Assembly: GCA_050950285.1 (NCBI GenBank)
Contig: JBMNHG010000002.1
Location: 1 to 64,000, forward strand
Source of the DNA: Kiritimatiellia bacterium
Lineage (GTDB): Bacteria; Verrucomicrobiota; Kiritimatiellia; RFP12; JBMNHG01
DNA length: 64,000 bases
Direction: 5' to 3'
Below the pieces are notes generated by a model. It had not been told where the DNA came from. It was given only the letters and a program-made list of their open reading frames with translations, and searched no databases. Each line of letters opens with the position of its first letter. Within the stretch, counting starts at the first letter, position 1. This document shows positions 51,501 through 61,418 of this stretch, one piece after another. A program made the translations under genes and the position numbers.

Positions 51501-54500
51501 GTAGGCGAAGGTGGTCGCGAGGCCGAGGGCGTTGGTGACGGCGGTGACGCGGTGGAGGTGGTCATGGGCGAAGGTGGTGGCGCGGGCCTCGGGCGTGTTG
51601 GCGGCCAGGACGGAGCGGACGAGGCGGTCGTGGGCGTCGTACTCGAGGAGGTTGACGCGGGAGAGTGGGTCGATGTGGGCGGTCAGGCGTCCGCGGCCGT
51701 CGTGGAGGTAGTCGTGCTGCGTGCCATCGCGGCGGAGGCGGGTGACGACACGTCCCCCGTCGTCGTGCCCGCGCACCTCGCGGCGGCCGTGGGGGTCGGC
51801 GTCCCATGAGCGGGTTCCGGCGGCGTAGCCGAAGACCCACGGCTGTCCGGCGGCGGAGATCTGGTGGACGACCTGGCCGAGGCCGTTGTAGAAGTTGCGG
51901 ATGGTGGTGTGTCCGCCGGGGGCGGTCTGCGAGAGGAGCGCGCCGTCGGGCGCGTACGAGGCGGTCCATGCGAACCCGGCGGCGTCGGTGGCGCGGGTGA
52001 GGTGTCCGGAGGCGTCGTAGGCGTAGGCGACGGCACGCCCGGCGCTGTCGGCGACTGAAGTGATGCGGTCGCCGGTCCACCCCACGGAGAGGGCGCGCCC
52101 GAAGGTATTGGAGACGGCGGCGAGGCGGCCCTGCGCGCCGTAGTGCAGCGTGACGGCGTTGCCGGAGCGGTCGGTGACCGACGCCAGGCGTCCGGCGGCG
52201 TCGAAGGCGTAGGTGTCGCCGAGGCGCTCCGCGAGGGTGAAGAGGCCGTTGGTCTCGGCGAGGGTGGCGGTGACGCCGGGGGCGGCGGCGTAGGTGCCGC
52301 CGGGGCGGCGCTGGAAGGCCAGGGCGCGCGCGCCGAGGCGTACCGAGGCCGTGCCGCCGGTGAGCCGTTCCGTCCACCACTGCGCGACCAGCGCCGCGAG
52401 GGTGCGGCGGCGGGCCTCCTCCCCGGCGGGCAGCGTACCCTGCTCCGCGAGCAGGTCGTCGACCACGGCGACGGCCAGGGCGGTCGGGGCGGCGGCTTCG
52501 GGCGCGGCGCGCCCGAAGCGGGCGTCGGGGTCGGCGTGGCGCACGACGGCGGCGTCGAGGCCGTGCGTCCAGCCGTGCCCGAGCGGGCCGTCGTCGAAGC
52601 GGCGGCGGGAGTCGTAGTGGCGCGTCCAGGCCAGCGGCGCGGGGCCTGCCATGGAGAGGTCGGTGTGTTCGGAGACGTAGGCCCCGGAGGGCTGCTCGAC
52701 GGGGTCGGCGGCTGTTTCAATGGCGTTGGCGGCGTTGGCGAAGCGGGGGTTCTGGTGCGCGGTGTCCACGGCGTCGGGATCAATATTGCCGGGTCTGGAG
52801 GTGAAGCCGCCCGCCAGACCGCCGGAGATGATCATGCCGGTGGACCAGGCGTCTCCGGAGGGGCCGTGCTCGATCCAGCCCGTGCCCTGCCACTGGTTGA
52901 GGACGGTGGTGCCGTCACGGGGCAGCAGCAGCGTGCCGCCCGCCGCCAGGGCGGTGGCGAAGGCGTCGAGCTGCGCGGCCGGGTAGTTGGCGAGGAGCGG
53001 GCGCACGGTCGCGGCGTAGTTGCCGTGGTTGGCGAAGTGGACGGGAGTGCCGGCGGCGTTGGCCAGGGCGAGGATGCGCACGGTGGAGACGGCGGGCGCG
53101 TCCGGGGCGTTGACCTGGTCGAGCACGGCGTGCTCGAGCGCGCTGCCGAAGAGCATGTAGCCGCCGAAACGCGAGGCATCGCCGGCCGTGTAGGTGAAGC
53201 AGTTCTTGAGGTCGACATAGGGCGAGCCGGACTGTCCGGCGATGCCGATGTTGTAGAAGAAGCCCCGGCGCACCCCGCCGAGGCGGCCGGCGAGGTCGCT
53301 GACAAGGGCGGTCTGCGCCAGCCACTGCTGGCCCACGGACTGGAGGGCGCGGGCGCGCGCTGCCACGCCGGTTCCGTCCGCGGCGCGGGCCCGCGCCAGT
53401 TCGGTGGCGGCCCGGGCGCGCATGCCGCCGGGATGGTCGCCGCCCATGCCGAGGACGATGACGTAGGTGTTGGTGGTGGCGCGGACGAGGTCGTAGGGGG
53501 CCGACATGCTGGCGTCCGGGTACGCATGGTCGACGGCCAGGGTCAGGGTCACGCCGGCCTGCGCGGAGCCGGCGGACTCGGCCAGCACGGTCTCGTCGTC
53601 CACGTGCAGGACGGCCCCGGGATAGGCGTGGCCGGGGGAGTCGGTGTAGGATATCCAGACGTGCCGCGTGGCGACCTCGTCGAGCCAGAGGGTTTTCGAG
53701 GCCGTGCCATGCGTGACGGTCAGGGCCGTGCGCCGGTCGTTCTTCCAGGAGTCAGGCTGCGCCAGGAAGTCGATGGGTTCTCCCTCCACGGTTCCGTGGA
53801 ACGGGTAGGCGTCCTCGTGGATGTCCTGCGGCACGACCGAGTCGCCGCCGATGAAGGCCCGGGGCGCGGCCGCCGGATCGAGGGCGTGCCAGGTGGATGC
53901 GAGTTGGGCGGCGAGCTGGTCGAGGGCCGCGCCGAGGGCGCCGGCCGAGAGTCCCTGCACATGGCTGGGGCCGAGGCTGCCGCCGACGGCGGCCAGCAGG
54001 CTGCTCCGGCTGTATCCGGCATCGGCGAGGATGTCGCGGTGAGGCGTGATCCGGCGGGGCTTGAAGCAGGGGTCGAGATAGTAGCGTACTTCGTCGAACT
54101 TCAGTGACACCCAGTAGTGCTCCAGCCGCACGTCGTAGCCGGCGGGAGAGCTGCCGGAGCCGACGCAGTAGGCCTTCAGGCCGGCGGCGGCGAGCAGCCC
54201 GCTCACGTCGCTCCAGGTCCCGGTGGCGGAACCGGTGGCGCAGCCGAGCCAGGCGGCGGCGTCGTAGCCGTCCGCCGTGCCGCCGAGCGGGATGCGGAAG
54301 CCGCCGTCGAATTCATTGGCGGGGGGCGCGACGTGCATCAGGGTGGCGTCGTATCCCGAGGCGCGTAGCAGCGCCACGAGCAGCAGCGCCTGGTCGGCGG
54401 CGTTGCCCTCGCGGTCGAGCAGCGTGCGCCCGGCGCCCCGCAGGATGCCGGGGGAGGGGGCGAAGCGGATGTGGTCGCGGACGAAGAGGTAGCAGCGTGC

Positions 54501-54824
54501 CCAATTGTAGTCGAGGCCGCGCGCCGTCTCGGCGATCAGCTCCCCGTCGCCGGGCGGGACGCTCTGCGGCAGTTCCGGCGTCCAGCCCGAGGCGGGCACG
54601 GGCTGCGGCGCGCCGCAGGGGACGACCGCATCCGGAGTCCCGGCGAGGGGTGGTTGCGCGGAGGGCGGCATGGCCAGGGGGCGCACGACGGGGCCGGTCG
54701 CCGGCGGCGGCACGGCCGGGGAGCCGCCGACGCGCCAGCCGGTCCATTCCGGTGTTCCGGTTGCGGAAGTCGCAACGGCCAGCGGCAGCAGGAGGGCGAG
54801 GAGTGGTGCCGGTATCCGTTTCAT
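48527..54824 (-). CDS. Rhs/YD-repeat polymorphic toxin (~2,100 aa): signal peptide, transglutaminase-like domain, DUF6531-like region, YD core, toxin tip; frameshifted at ~50090-50135
   Basis: MKRIPAPLLALLLPLAVATSA; FVRDHIRF...GNAADQALLLVALLRASG...HYWV...LDP; DPVEQPSGAY...WTRHYDS...GHGWTH; YD repeats; LNLYAYAEGDPLSYIDPLG; joins ORF 49212..56306 to ORF 48527..50281. Confidence 0.88.
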
Positions 54825-56002
54825 GGCGCGCTCCTCTCCTGCAGCGCGGCGGGGTTGCCGGCGGGGGTGGGCGCGGCGGTGGCCGCCCCGCCGTCCATGC
54901 CGGTATAGACCGCCGTGACGCGGTCGTCGGCGTCGCGGTAGTAGCGGATGGCGCCGGAGGCCGCCCCCGGCGTGGCCTGCGCGGGATCGGTGCCGGCCAG
55001 CAGCTCCTCGTCGTCGGGGCAGCCGTCGCCGTCGCTGTCGCGCAGGAGCGGGTCGAGGCCGTAGCGGTAGATCTTGACCCAGTCGGAGAGTCCGCCGCCG
55101 CTGGTGTCCCACAGCAGGGGATCCGTGCCGAAGTGGAGCATCTCCATGCCGTCGGGGATGCCGTCGCCGTCGGTGTCGATATCGCCGCGCGCGGAGAGGA
55201 GGAAGAGGGCGGCGTGCGGCGCGGCCACGGCGGCGGGGGTGAACGGGGCGGTGGCCTGCACCGTCCCGGCGTAGTTCCAGAGCGGCCCGGCGGCGGGGTT
55301 CGTCCGGGTGAAGATGTCCACCGGCAGGTCGCCGGGGGTGTAGAGGGTGAAGCCGAAGCGGCCCGGATCCGACGGCGCGACGAGGGCGAAAGCGACGCGG
55401 CTGGTGTCGGCGGGGGGCACGGGGGCGGCGGGGCCGGCCGGCCCGTTGGTGGCCGCCGAGCGGAGGTTCTCCAGGTACTCGTCGAAGCGCTCGGCGGGAA
55501 TCAGGGTCAGTCCCAGTTCGATCCGGTCGCGGGCGCGTTCGCGGTACCAGCGTTCCAGGTCCGCGCCGGACAGCCATCCGGGCGGATCCCCGTAGGCCGC
55601 GCGCGACCACGCCTCCGGGTCGTAGGCCGGCACGGCGCTCGTGCGCACCGGAAGGCCGCCGGCGGTTGCGATCCAGACGCGGGAGGCGCTTTGGGTCTCG
55701 ACGATGCGCAGCGGCCAGGCCGGGACGCCGGCAAGCGTCCGGGGCGGCGACGCGTTGGTCAAGGCGGCAAAGGCGGCGGGATCGAAGGAAACCGGCGGAT
55801 GCGAGATGCCGAAACGGATTCCGCCGGGCGGATAGCAGGGCGCCGAAGCCGAGAGCGCGCCGTATTCCGCGGCGACGAGCGCGTCGAAGTCGGCCCAGCC
55901 GGACAAGTGCGTCCCGGCGCCCGCCGCCGGCGCAAGGGAGAACCATCCCAGACACCCTGCCGCACACAGGCCCCGTCGCAATCGTCCCAGCCGTCGCAGC
56001 AT
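54821..56002 (-). CDS. Exported Rhs partner protein with TSP3-like Ca-binding repeats and a terminal YD-like repeat
   Basis: MLRRLGRLRRGLC...APAAGA leader; DTDGDGIPDGME, DTSGGGLSDWVK, DSDGDGCPDDEE; IRYYRDADDRVTAV...PAGNP; ATGA overlap with rhs. Confidence 0.78.
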   Translation of the reverse strand: MLRRLGRLRRGLCAAGCLGWFSLAPAAGAGTHLSGWADFDALVAAEYGALSASAPCYPPGGIRFGISHPPVSFDPAAFAALTNASPPRTLAGVPAWPLRIVETQSASRVWIATAGGLPVRTSAVPAYDPEAWSRAAYGDPPGWLSGADLERWYRERARDRIELGLTLIPAERFDEYLENLRSAATNGPAGPAAPVPPADTSRVAFALVAPSDPGRFGFTLYTPGDLPVDIFTRTNPAAGPLWNYAGTVQATAPFTPAAVAAPHAALFLLSARGDIDTDGDGIPDGMEMLHFGTDPLLWDTSGGGLSDWVKIYRYGLDPLLRDSDGDGCPDDEELLAGTDPAQATPGAASGAIRYYRDADDRVTAVYTGMDGGAATAAPTPAGNPAALQERSAP

Positions 56003-56074
56003 GTCGTACTTTCTTTTCGCGGTCTCCGTCGCCACTCCGCCGGGCGACGCAGGCGCCGCCCGGCAACGACGGCG

Positions 56075-56104
56075 AGCATACTCCACGGACGCCGACGGTG
56101 TCAA
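56075..56104 (-). promoter_or_regulatory. sigma70-like promoter of the Rhs operon (TTGACA-18 bp-TATGCT)
   Basis: Perfect -35 and near-consensus -10 on the minus strand, ~70 bp upstream of ATG 56002. Confidence 0.65.
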
Positions 56105-56123
56105 ACGGGGATTGCGCCGCCCT

Positions 56124-56150
56124 AAAAATTTGCGTGACCAAATTTGCGTG
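56124..56150. repeat. AAAAATTTGCGTG plus adjacent AAATTTGCGTG, right boundary of the Rhs island
   Basis: Matches 43679..43691; a second 11-bp copy at 56140..56150. Confidence 0.55.
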
Positions 56151-56172
56151 TCGGAGTTTCCCGTCGAGGGGT

Positions 56173-56274
56173 GACCTGCGACCTGCGACCGGCGGCCTTC
56201 GGTGGCAGGAACGGCGCACGGCGTCAGTCCTTGCCGTCTCTCCGCTTGTCGCTTGTCGTTTGGTCGTTTGGTCG
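56173..56274. repeat. Short 7-8-bp tandem repeats (GACCTGC-type; TGTCGCT/TGGTCGTT-type)
   Basis: gacctgc gacctgc gaccggc; cttgtcg cttgtcg tttggtcg tttggtcg. Confidence 0.55.
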
Positions 56275-56294
56275 CCAGCCAATGCTTTTGTGCC

Positions 56295-56323
56295 TTGTGC
56301 ATCCATCCGGATTCTGATACCCT
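56295..56323 (+). promoter_or_regulatory. Putative tRNA promoter (TTGTGC-17 bp-TACCCT, extended TG)
   Basis: Correct spacing, 20 bp upstream of the tRNA. Confidence 0.4.
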
Positions 56324-56343
56324 GTGCGCAATTTCGTCATTTC

Positions 56344-56418
56344 GCGCCTATCGTCTATCGGTCAGGACACAAGGTTTTCATCCTTGGAAGCGGGGTTCGA
56401 CTCCCCGTAGGCGCGCCA
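56344..56418 (+). tRNA. tRNA-Glu(TTC)
   Basis: Acceptor GCGCCTA/TAGGCGC, anticodon arm CAAGG-TTTTCAT-CCTTG, GGTTCGACT T-loop, encoded CCA. Confidence 0.96.
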
Positions 56419-56482
56419 CTATATTTTTTCTTGCGGCAACTGAATCCGTGACACCTGTCACGGCATCGAGAGGAATTGCGCC

Positions 56483-57883
56483 ATGGTGAACCTCACCTTC
56501 TACGGTGCCGCGCGCACCACCACCGGCTCCATGCATCTCGTCGAGGCCAACGGCCTCCGGATCCTCCTCGACTGCGGACTCTACCAAGGCCATCGGAAGG
56601 AAGCCTTCGAGCTCAACCGGACGCTTCCGTTCGATCCCGCGAAGATCGACGCGCTGGTCCTGTCCCACGCCCACGTGGATCATTGCGGCAACATCCCGTC
56701 GCTCGTCCGGCGAGGCTTCCGCGGCCCGATCTACTGCACTGCGGCCACCCGCGACCTCAGCGACATCCTCCTGCGCGACTCCGCCTATCTCCAGCGCAAC
56801 GACCTCGAGCGCGTGAACCGCAAGCGCAAGGCCCAGGGCAAGGTCCTCTTCGAGATGCTCTACGACATCAAGGACGTCAACCGCACCCTCCCGCTCTTCC
56901 GCCCCGAGCCGCTCCATGCCGCCATCGACATCGGAAACGGCGTCTACGCCGTCCTCCACGAAGCCGGGCACATCCTCGGTTCGGCGTTCGTCGAGCTCAT
57001 CGTCCAGGACAAGGGCGGCGGCTTGAAACGCCTCGTCTTCTCCGGCGACCTGGGCCAGACCGGCCAGCCCATCCTCAACGATCCCGCCCCGCTGCCGGCG
57101 GCGGACGCGCTGATCATCGAGAGCACCTACGCGAACCGGGACCACCCGAGCCTCGAAGACGTGCGCGGGCGCCTCAAGGGCTTCATCGAAGACATCCACC
57201 AGCAACGCGCCCGCTTGATCATCCCCGCCTTCAGCGTGGGCCGTACCCAGCAACTTCTCTACTACATCGGCGAACTCCTCGAGCAGCGCCGCATCCCGCC
57301 CACGCCCATCTTCGTGGACAGCCCGCTCTCGACCAAGGCCACGAAGATCTACGCGAAACACCGCGAATGCTACGACCAGCCCGCCGCAGCCCGCCTGCGC
57401 GCCGGCCGCGATCCCTTGAAGTTCCCGGGCCTTCGTTTCGTCGATTCCGTGGAGCAATCCATGGCCCTGAACGAAATGGAAGGCCCCATGATCATCATCG
57501 CGGCCTCCGGAATGTGCGAAGGCGGCCGCATCCTCCATCACCTCAAGCACGGCATCGGCAACCCCCGCAACATCGTCCTGATCGTCGGCTTCCAGGCCGA
57601 ACACACCCTTGGGCGCCGTCTTGTGGAACGCCGGCCCGTCGTTCGAATCTTCGGCGACGAATATCCGCTCGAGGCGCGCATCCACACCATCAACGCCTTG
57701 AGCGCACACGCCGACCGAACGGGGCTGATGAAGTGGTTCCACAGCTCGCCGACCCCTCCCAGGCGCGTTTTTGCCGTCCATGGCGACGAGGCCCAGTGCA
57801 AGGCGATGGTCTCGCTTCTCAAGCGCAACGGCGCCCCCTCGGCCATTGCGCCGGTGAGGGGCCAGAAGGCGCGCATCCGCTAG
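56483..57883 (+). CDS. MBL-fold beta-CASP ribonuclease
   Basis: DCGLYQG, SHAHVDHCG, AGHILGS, FSGDLG, ESTY, PAFSVGRTQ, ASGMCEGGR, LSAHAD, VHG. Confidence 0.93.
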   Translation: MVNLTFYGAARTTTGSMHLVEANGLRILLDCGLYQGHRKEAFELNRTLPFDPAKIDALVLSHAHVDHCGNIPSLVRRGFRGPIYCTAATRDLSDILLRDSAYLQRNDLERVNRKRKAQGKVLFEMLYDIKDVNRTLPLFRPEPLHAAIDIGNGVYAVLHEAGHILGSAFVELIVQDKGGGLKRLVFSGDLGQTGQPILNDPAPLPAADALIIESTYANRDHPSLEDVRGRLKGFIEDIHQQRARLIIPAFSVGRTQQLLYYIGELLEQRRIPPTPIFVDSPLSTKATKIYAKHRECYDQPAAARLRAGRDPLKFPGLRFVDSVEQSMALNEMEGPMIIIAASGMCEGGRILHHLKHGIGNPRNIVLIVGFQAEHTLGRRLVERRPVVRIFGDEYPLEARIHTINALSAHADRTGLMKWFHSSPTPPRRVFAVHGDEAQCKAMVSLLKRNGAPSAIAPVRGQKARIR

Positions 57884-57886
57884 GAC

Positions 57887-59215
57887 GTGCCGTCGATGGG
57901 GCAAGACTCCACTTCGCGCTTCGACCTCGTGATCGTCGGCGGAGGCGCGGCAGGCCTCATGGCCGCCTGCCAGGCGCCGCAAGGGCTGCGGATCGCCGTC
58001 TGCGAGCACCTCCCCGAGGCAGGCCGCAAACTGCTCGCCACAGGCGGTGGACGGTGCAACTTCACCACGGCGATGGATTCCGGCGCCCTGCCCGCCCTCT
58101 TCGGACGGCAGGGGCGTTTCATCGTTCCGGCCCTCCGCGCGATGCCGCCGCAAGGTCTCCGCGACTGGTTCGCCCGCATCGGCGTGCCTTCCGTGGTGGA
58201 AGAGGGGCGGTTCGTCTTCCCCGAAAGCCATTGCGCCGCGGATGTCCGGGACGCCCTCCTCGCCCAAGCCCGAAAGCGCGGCGCGACAGTCCTCCTGGGA
58301 ACGAAGGCCGAATCCCTTCTTCTCCGCGAAACGGGGCGCGATGGCGGAAACCGCATCTCGCGCGCCGTTGCGGGCGTCCGCACGTCCCGCGGCGTGCTGC
58401 GCGCACCGCATGTGCTCCTTGCGACGGGCGGATGCTCCATGCCCGCGCTGGGATCGGATGGAAGCGGCTACGCGCTTGCCCGCGAGGCGGGTCACACGAC
58501 GAGCCCTCCCCTTCCGGCGCTCGTCCCCCTGCGTGCGGCCGACGACTGGGCGAAAAAGCTTCCGGGCGTATCGCTGGAGGAAGCCCTTCTTCGCTTCGAG
58601 CCTCCAGCGGGATGTTCGCCGGCCCTTCGACGCGCCGGAACACGCGAGGAATACGGCCCCGTGCTCTTCACCCACCACGGCCTGAGCGGACCGGCCGCGC
58701 TGAATCTGTCCGGAATCGTCGCCGCGGCACTGGAGGAACAGGCAGGCCAGCCTTCTCCGGGCATCCGCGTGATCTTGCGCCCCATCGCAGGCCGGGACGA
58801 ACGGTCCTGGCAACGGCAACTCGCGACATGGCGGGCGGAGGGCGGAAGGCGTTCCGTGCGAAACCTGCTTTCCGGCGTCCTGCCGCGTGCCGTTGCGACA
58901 ACGCTCTGCTCGCTCGCGGAAGTGCCGGACGTCGCGCTCGCGCAAACCCCGGGAAAAGCGCTGGCGCGGCTTGCCGGATACTGCGGCGGCACGCCGCTGG
59001 CAATCTCCGGAACCGACGGCTGGAACCACTCCATGGTGACGCGCGGGGGCGTGACGCTCCCGGAAATCGACCCCGCCACCCTTCGAAGCAAACTCGCGGA
59101 TGGACTCTCGTTTGCCGGCGAGGTCGTCGACCTGGACGCCCCGTGCGGCGGGTTCAATCTGACCTGGGCCTTCGCCAGCGCCACCCTGGCCGCTCGATCC
59201 GTCGCGTCCGCCTGA
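57887..59215 (+). CDS. HI0933/YhiN (BaiN-like) flavoprotein
   Basis: GGGAAGL, GRKLLATGGGRCNFT, LFTHHGLSGPA, VTRGGV, FAGEVVD...GGFNL. Confidence 0.92.
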   Translation: MPSMGQDSTSRFDLVIVGGGAAGLMAACQAPQGLRIAVCEHLPEAGRKLLATGGGRCNFTTAMDSGALPALFGRQGRFIVPALRAMPPQGLRDWFARIGVPSVVEEGRFVFPESHCAADVRDALLAQARKRGATVLLGTKAESLLLRETGRDGGNRISRAVAGVRTSRGVLRAPHVLLATGGCSMPALGSDGSGYALAREAGHTTSPPLPALVPLRAADDWAKKLPGVSLEEALLRFEPPAGCSPALRRAGTREEYGPVLFTHHGLSGPAALNLSGIVAAALEEQAGQPSPGIRVILRPIAGRDERSWQRQLATWRAEGGRRSVRNLLSGVLPRAVATTLCSLAEVPDVALAQTPGKALARLAGYCGGTPLAISGTDGWNHSMVTRGGVTLPEIDPATLRSKLADGLSFAGEVVDLDAPCGGFNLTWAFASATLAARSVASA

Positions 59216-59240
59216 CCCGACGCCACCCGCCCCGGCGGGC

Positions 59241-61406
59241 TCACGTCCCGGCGTTCAGGCGGCGGCGCTGGGAGTAGTTGGCCATGGCCCATTCCGCGAC
59301 GGCAAGAACCAGTACAATCCAGAAGAGGCTTTCCGAAAGCGGACGCCCGCGGCGGCGTTCCACGGCCATGCGCCGCAGATCCGCGGCGTCGCGAGCCACC
59401 GGCAGCGAATCGATGCCGACGAGACGCGCCACCTCCTCCGGAGCGACGGGCTCGACGTTGGATTCGGCGCGCGCGGCGTTCACCGCGAACGCCGGTTCGG
59501 GCGATGCCGCATCCACACGCCGCAGGTAGAGCCCCGGGACCGCGAGCGAATCGATCACGAAGCGCGTGTCGCCGCTTTCGGTACGGATGGCCCTCACGGC
59601 CAGCGGCATGCCGTCGGGCGAAAGAAGCCCGTCGCTTTCCTTGTACCCCGGAAGACAGGACTCCATGGGGACGTCCTCGGCGCACGCGAGAGCGGGCGGC
59701 GGAAGGCCGAAGCCGCCGGCGAAGCGCGACATCTCATGCACCAGCGGGAGGAACAGCGCGGTGAGCGGCAGCGTGCTCCACCGGCGGTCCGCGGAAAGCG
59801 CGCTCAAGAACACGCGTCCGTTCCCGACCGTGCGCGCCAGGAGCATCGGCTCCTCCCGGTCGGTGTCCAGAAGCACCGTGGTGTCGGGCTCGAGCGTGTC
59901 GAAGGCCAGATGGCGCTTGAGCGCGATGGTGGGCACGACGCCGGACGGAAGCGCGAACTCCGCGAAGAGCGGATCGGCGCGTTCGCGAAGGCGCAGCAGG
60001 CGCGCGGATTCGGGTGGTGGGATGTCGCGGACCGCAGCGGGGAGTGCCGGGAGAATGCGCCATCCGGCATAGGCCGAAACGTCCGAACGATCGCCCGGCC
60101 ACAGGGAGACCACGCCGCCGGAACGCACATACTCTTCGAGGTTCAGCAGGGCCTGCCCATCGACGGGAAGCGCATCCACGAGAAACACCGCGTCGAAGGC
60201 GCGGAGGTCGGTCGAAGCCAAGGCGGACGGATCGATGCGGTTCACTTCGGGGCCTTCGCCGGAGGGCCGGAGCGCCGTCGTCAAAAAGCGGGAGGAAGCG
60301 GTTTCGCCCACGACCAGCACGGGCAGCTCGTCGCGAACGCGGAGGACATAGAGGAACTCGTTGTCGAAGGGAAGCGAATCCGGCGGCAGGTCGATACGGG
60401 CGGCAAGCGTCCCGGCGGGCAGATCGTCGAAGGGGATGGAAGCGGCGAGACCGTCCGCATCCCCGGTGGGGGCGGCTTCGCGGATCATGGCGTCGCGATC
60501 GTCCACGGCGAAGTCGGCGGACAGCGGACGCGGGGCGCCGGTGCGCCCGAAGTGAGCGGTGACATGCGCGGTCCCTCCGGCCATCAAAAGCGCCGGCTCG
60601 ACCTCGACGGATTCGATCCATGCGTTTTCCGGGGCGACGGCGCCGGAGAAGAGCGCAAAGCAGACGGTTTCGTCGCCAAGGATTCCGGGATCCCATGCGG
60701 AGGAGGCGGGGGCGGCATCCCCGTCCACGGGCTCCGCCTCCCCTCCCCCGGCCTCGGCCTCGGCGGCGGCGGCGCGGAACCCGTTCCAGGGGAGCGCCTG
60801 TCCGTCGGTGAGGAGGTAGATTTCGCATTCGCGGCCCTTGGAGAAGCGCGCGAGCGAATCGGCGGCCATGCGAAGAGCCTCGTCGAGATGCGAGGAGCCC
60901 GGAAGCCAATCGAGAGCATGGACGGCCTGGCGCACGGCCGCGAGGTCGGAGACAGGCTCGGGCACGACGGGATCGACGGCGTCGCCGGCGAGGAAGAGGC
61001 AGGCGCGATCGCCGGGGGAGAGGTCGTCCAGCACGCCTTCGGCCGCATCGCGGGCGAGGGTCCAGGCGCTTCCGCCTTCGACTTCGTAGGACATGCTGTA
61101 CGAAGCATCGAGGACGATGGCGATGTCGCGCGGCACGCGCCCCAGCCAGTCCCCGAAGTCCGTGGCGCGGATGACGGGCAGGGCGAAGGCCGCCGCGAGA
61201 GCGAGGATGAGCAGGGTTCGGAGGAGCCAGAGCAGGAAGTTTTCGAAGCGAAGGCGGCTGGCCGAGCGCTCCTGCGCGGCCTTGAGGAAACGGATGGTCG
61301 GGAAGGTCTGGTGAACCTTGCGGTGGCGCTGGAGCAGGTGAAGGGCCAGCGGGACCAGAGCCGCGGCCGCGAACCAAAGGAAAAAGGGCTGGAGAAAGGT
61401 AAGCAT
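59241..61406 (-). CDS. BatA/vWA domain membrane protein
   Basis: FLQP...PLALHLL, LLWLLR...ALP, DASYSMS MIDAS, LTDGQ, GAT-like domain, C-terminal TM with EW. Confidence 0.85.
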   Translation of the reverse strand: MLTFLQPFFLWFAAAALVPLALHLLQRHRKVHQTFPTIRFLKAAQERSASRLRFENFLLWLLRTLLILALAAAFALPVIRATDFGDWLGRVPRDIAIVLDASYSMSYEVEGGSAWTLARDAAEGVLDDLSPGDRACLFLAGDAVDPVVPEPVSDLAAVRQAVHALDWLPGSSHLDEALRMAADSLARFSKGRECEIYLLTDGQALPWNGFRAAAAEAEAGGGEAEPVDGDAAPASSAWDPGILGDETVCFALFSGAVAPENAWIESVEVEPALLMAGGTAHVTAHFGRTGAPRPLSADFAVDDRDAMIREAAPTGDADGLAASIPFDDLPAGTLAARIDLPPDSLPFDNEFLYVLRVRDELPVLVVGETASSRFLTTALRPSGEGPEVNRIDPSALASTDLRAFDAVFLVDALPVDGQALLNLEEYVRSGGVVSLWPGDRSDVSAYAGWRILPALPAAVRDIPPPESARLLRLRERADPLFAEFALPSGVVPTIALKRHLAFDTLEPDTTVLLDTDREEPMLLARTVGNGRVFLSALSADRRWSTLPLTALFLPLVHEMSRFAGGFGLPPPALACAEDVPMESCLPGYKESDGLLSPDGMPLAVRAIRTESGDTRFVIDSLAVPGLYLRRVDAASPEPAFAVNAARAESNVEPVAPEEVARLVGIDSLPVARDAADLRRMAVERRRGRPLSESLFWIVLVLAVAEWAMANYSQRRRLNAGT

Positions 61407-61418
61407 GGCCGGACGGCG

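Noticed and set aside
56124..56280. Short repeats as a CRISPR array
   Set aside because: Units are 7-13 bp with no spacers, and there are no cas genes.
56344..56418. tRNA-Glu as a classical island attachment site
   Set aside because: No duplicated tRNA 3' end found; the island lies on the tRNA 5' side.
56483..57883. beta-CASP nuclease as an anti-phage defence gene
   Set aside because: Typical standalone RNA-metabolism family member with host-like codon usage and housekeeping neighbours.
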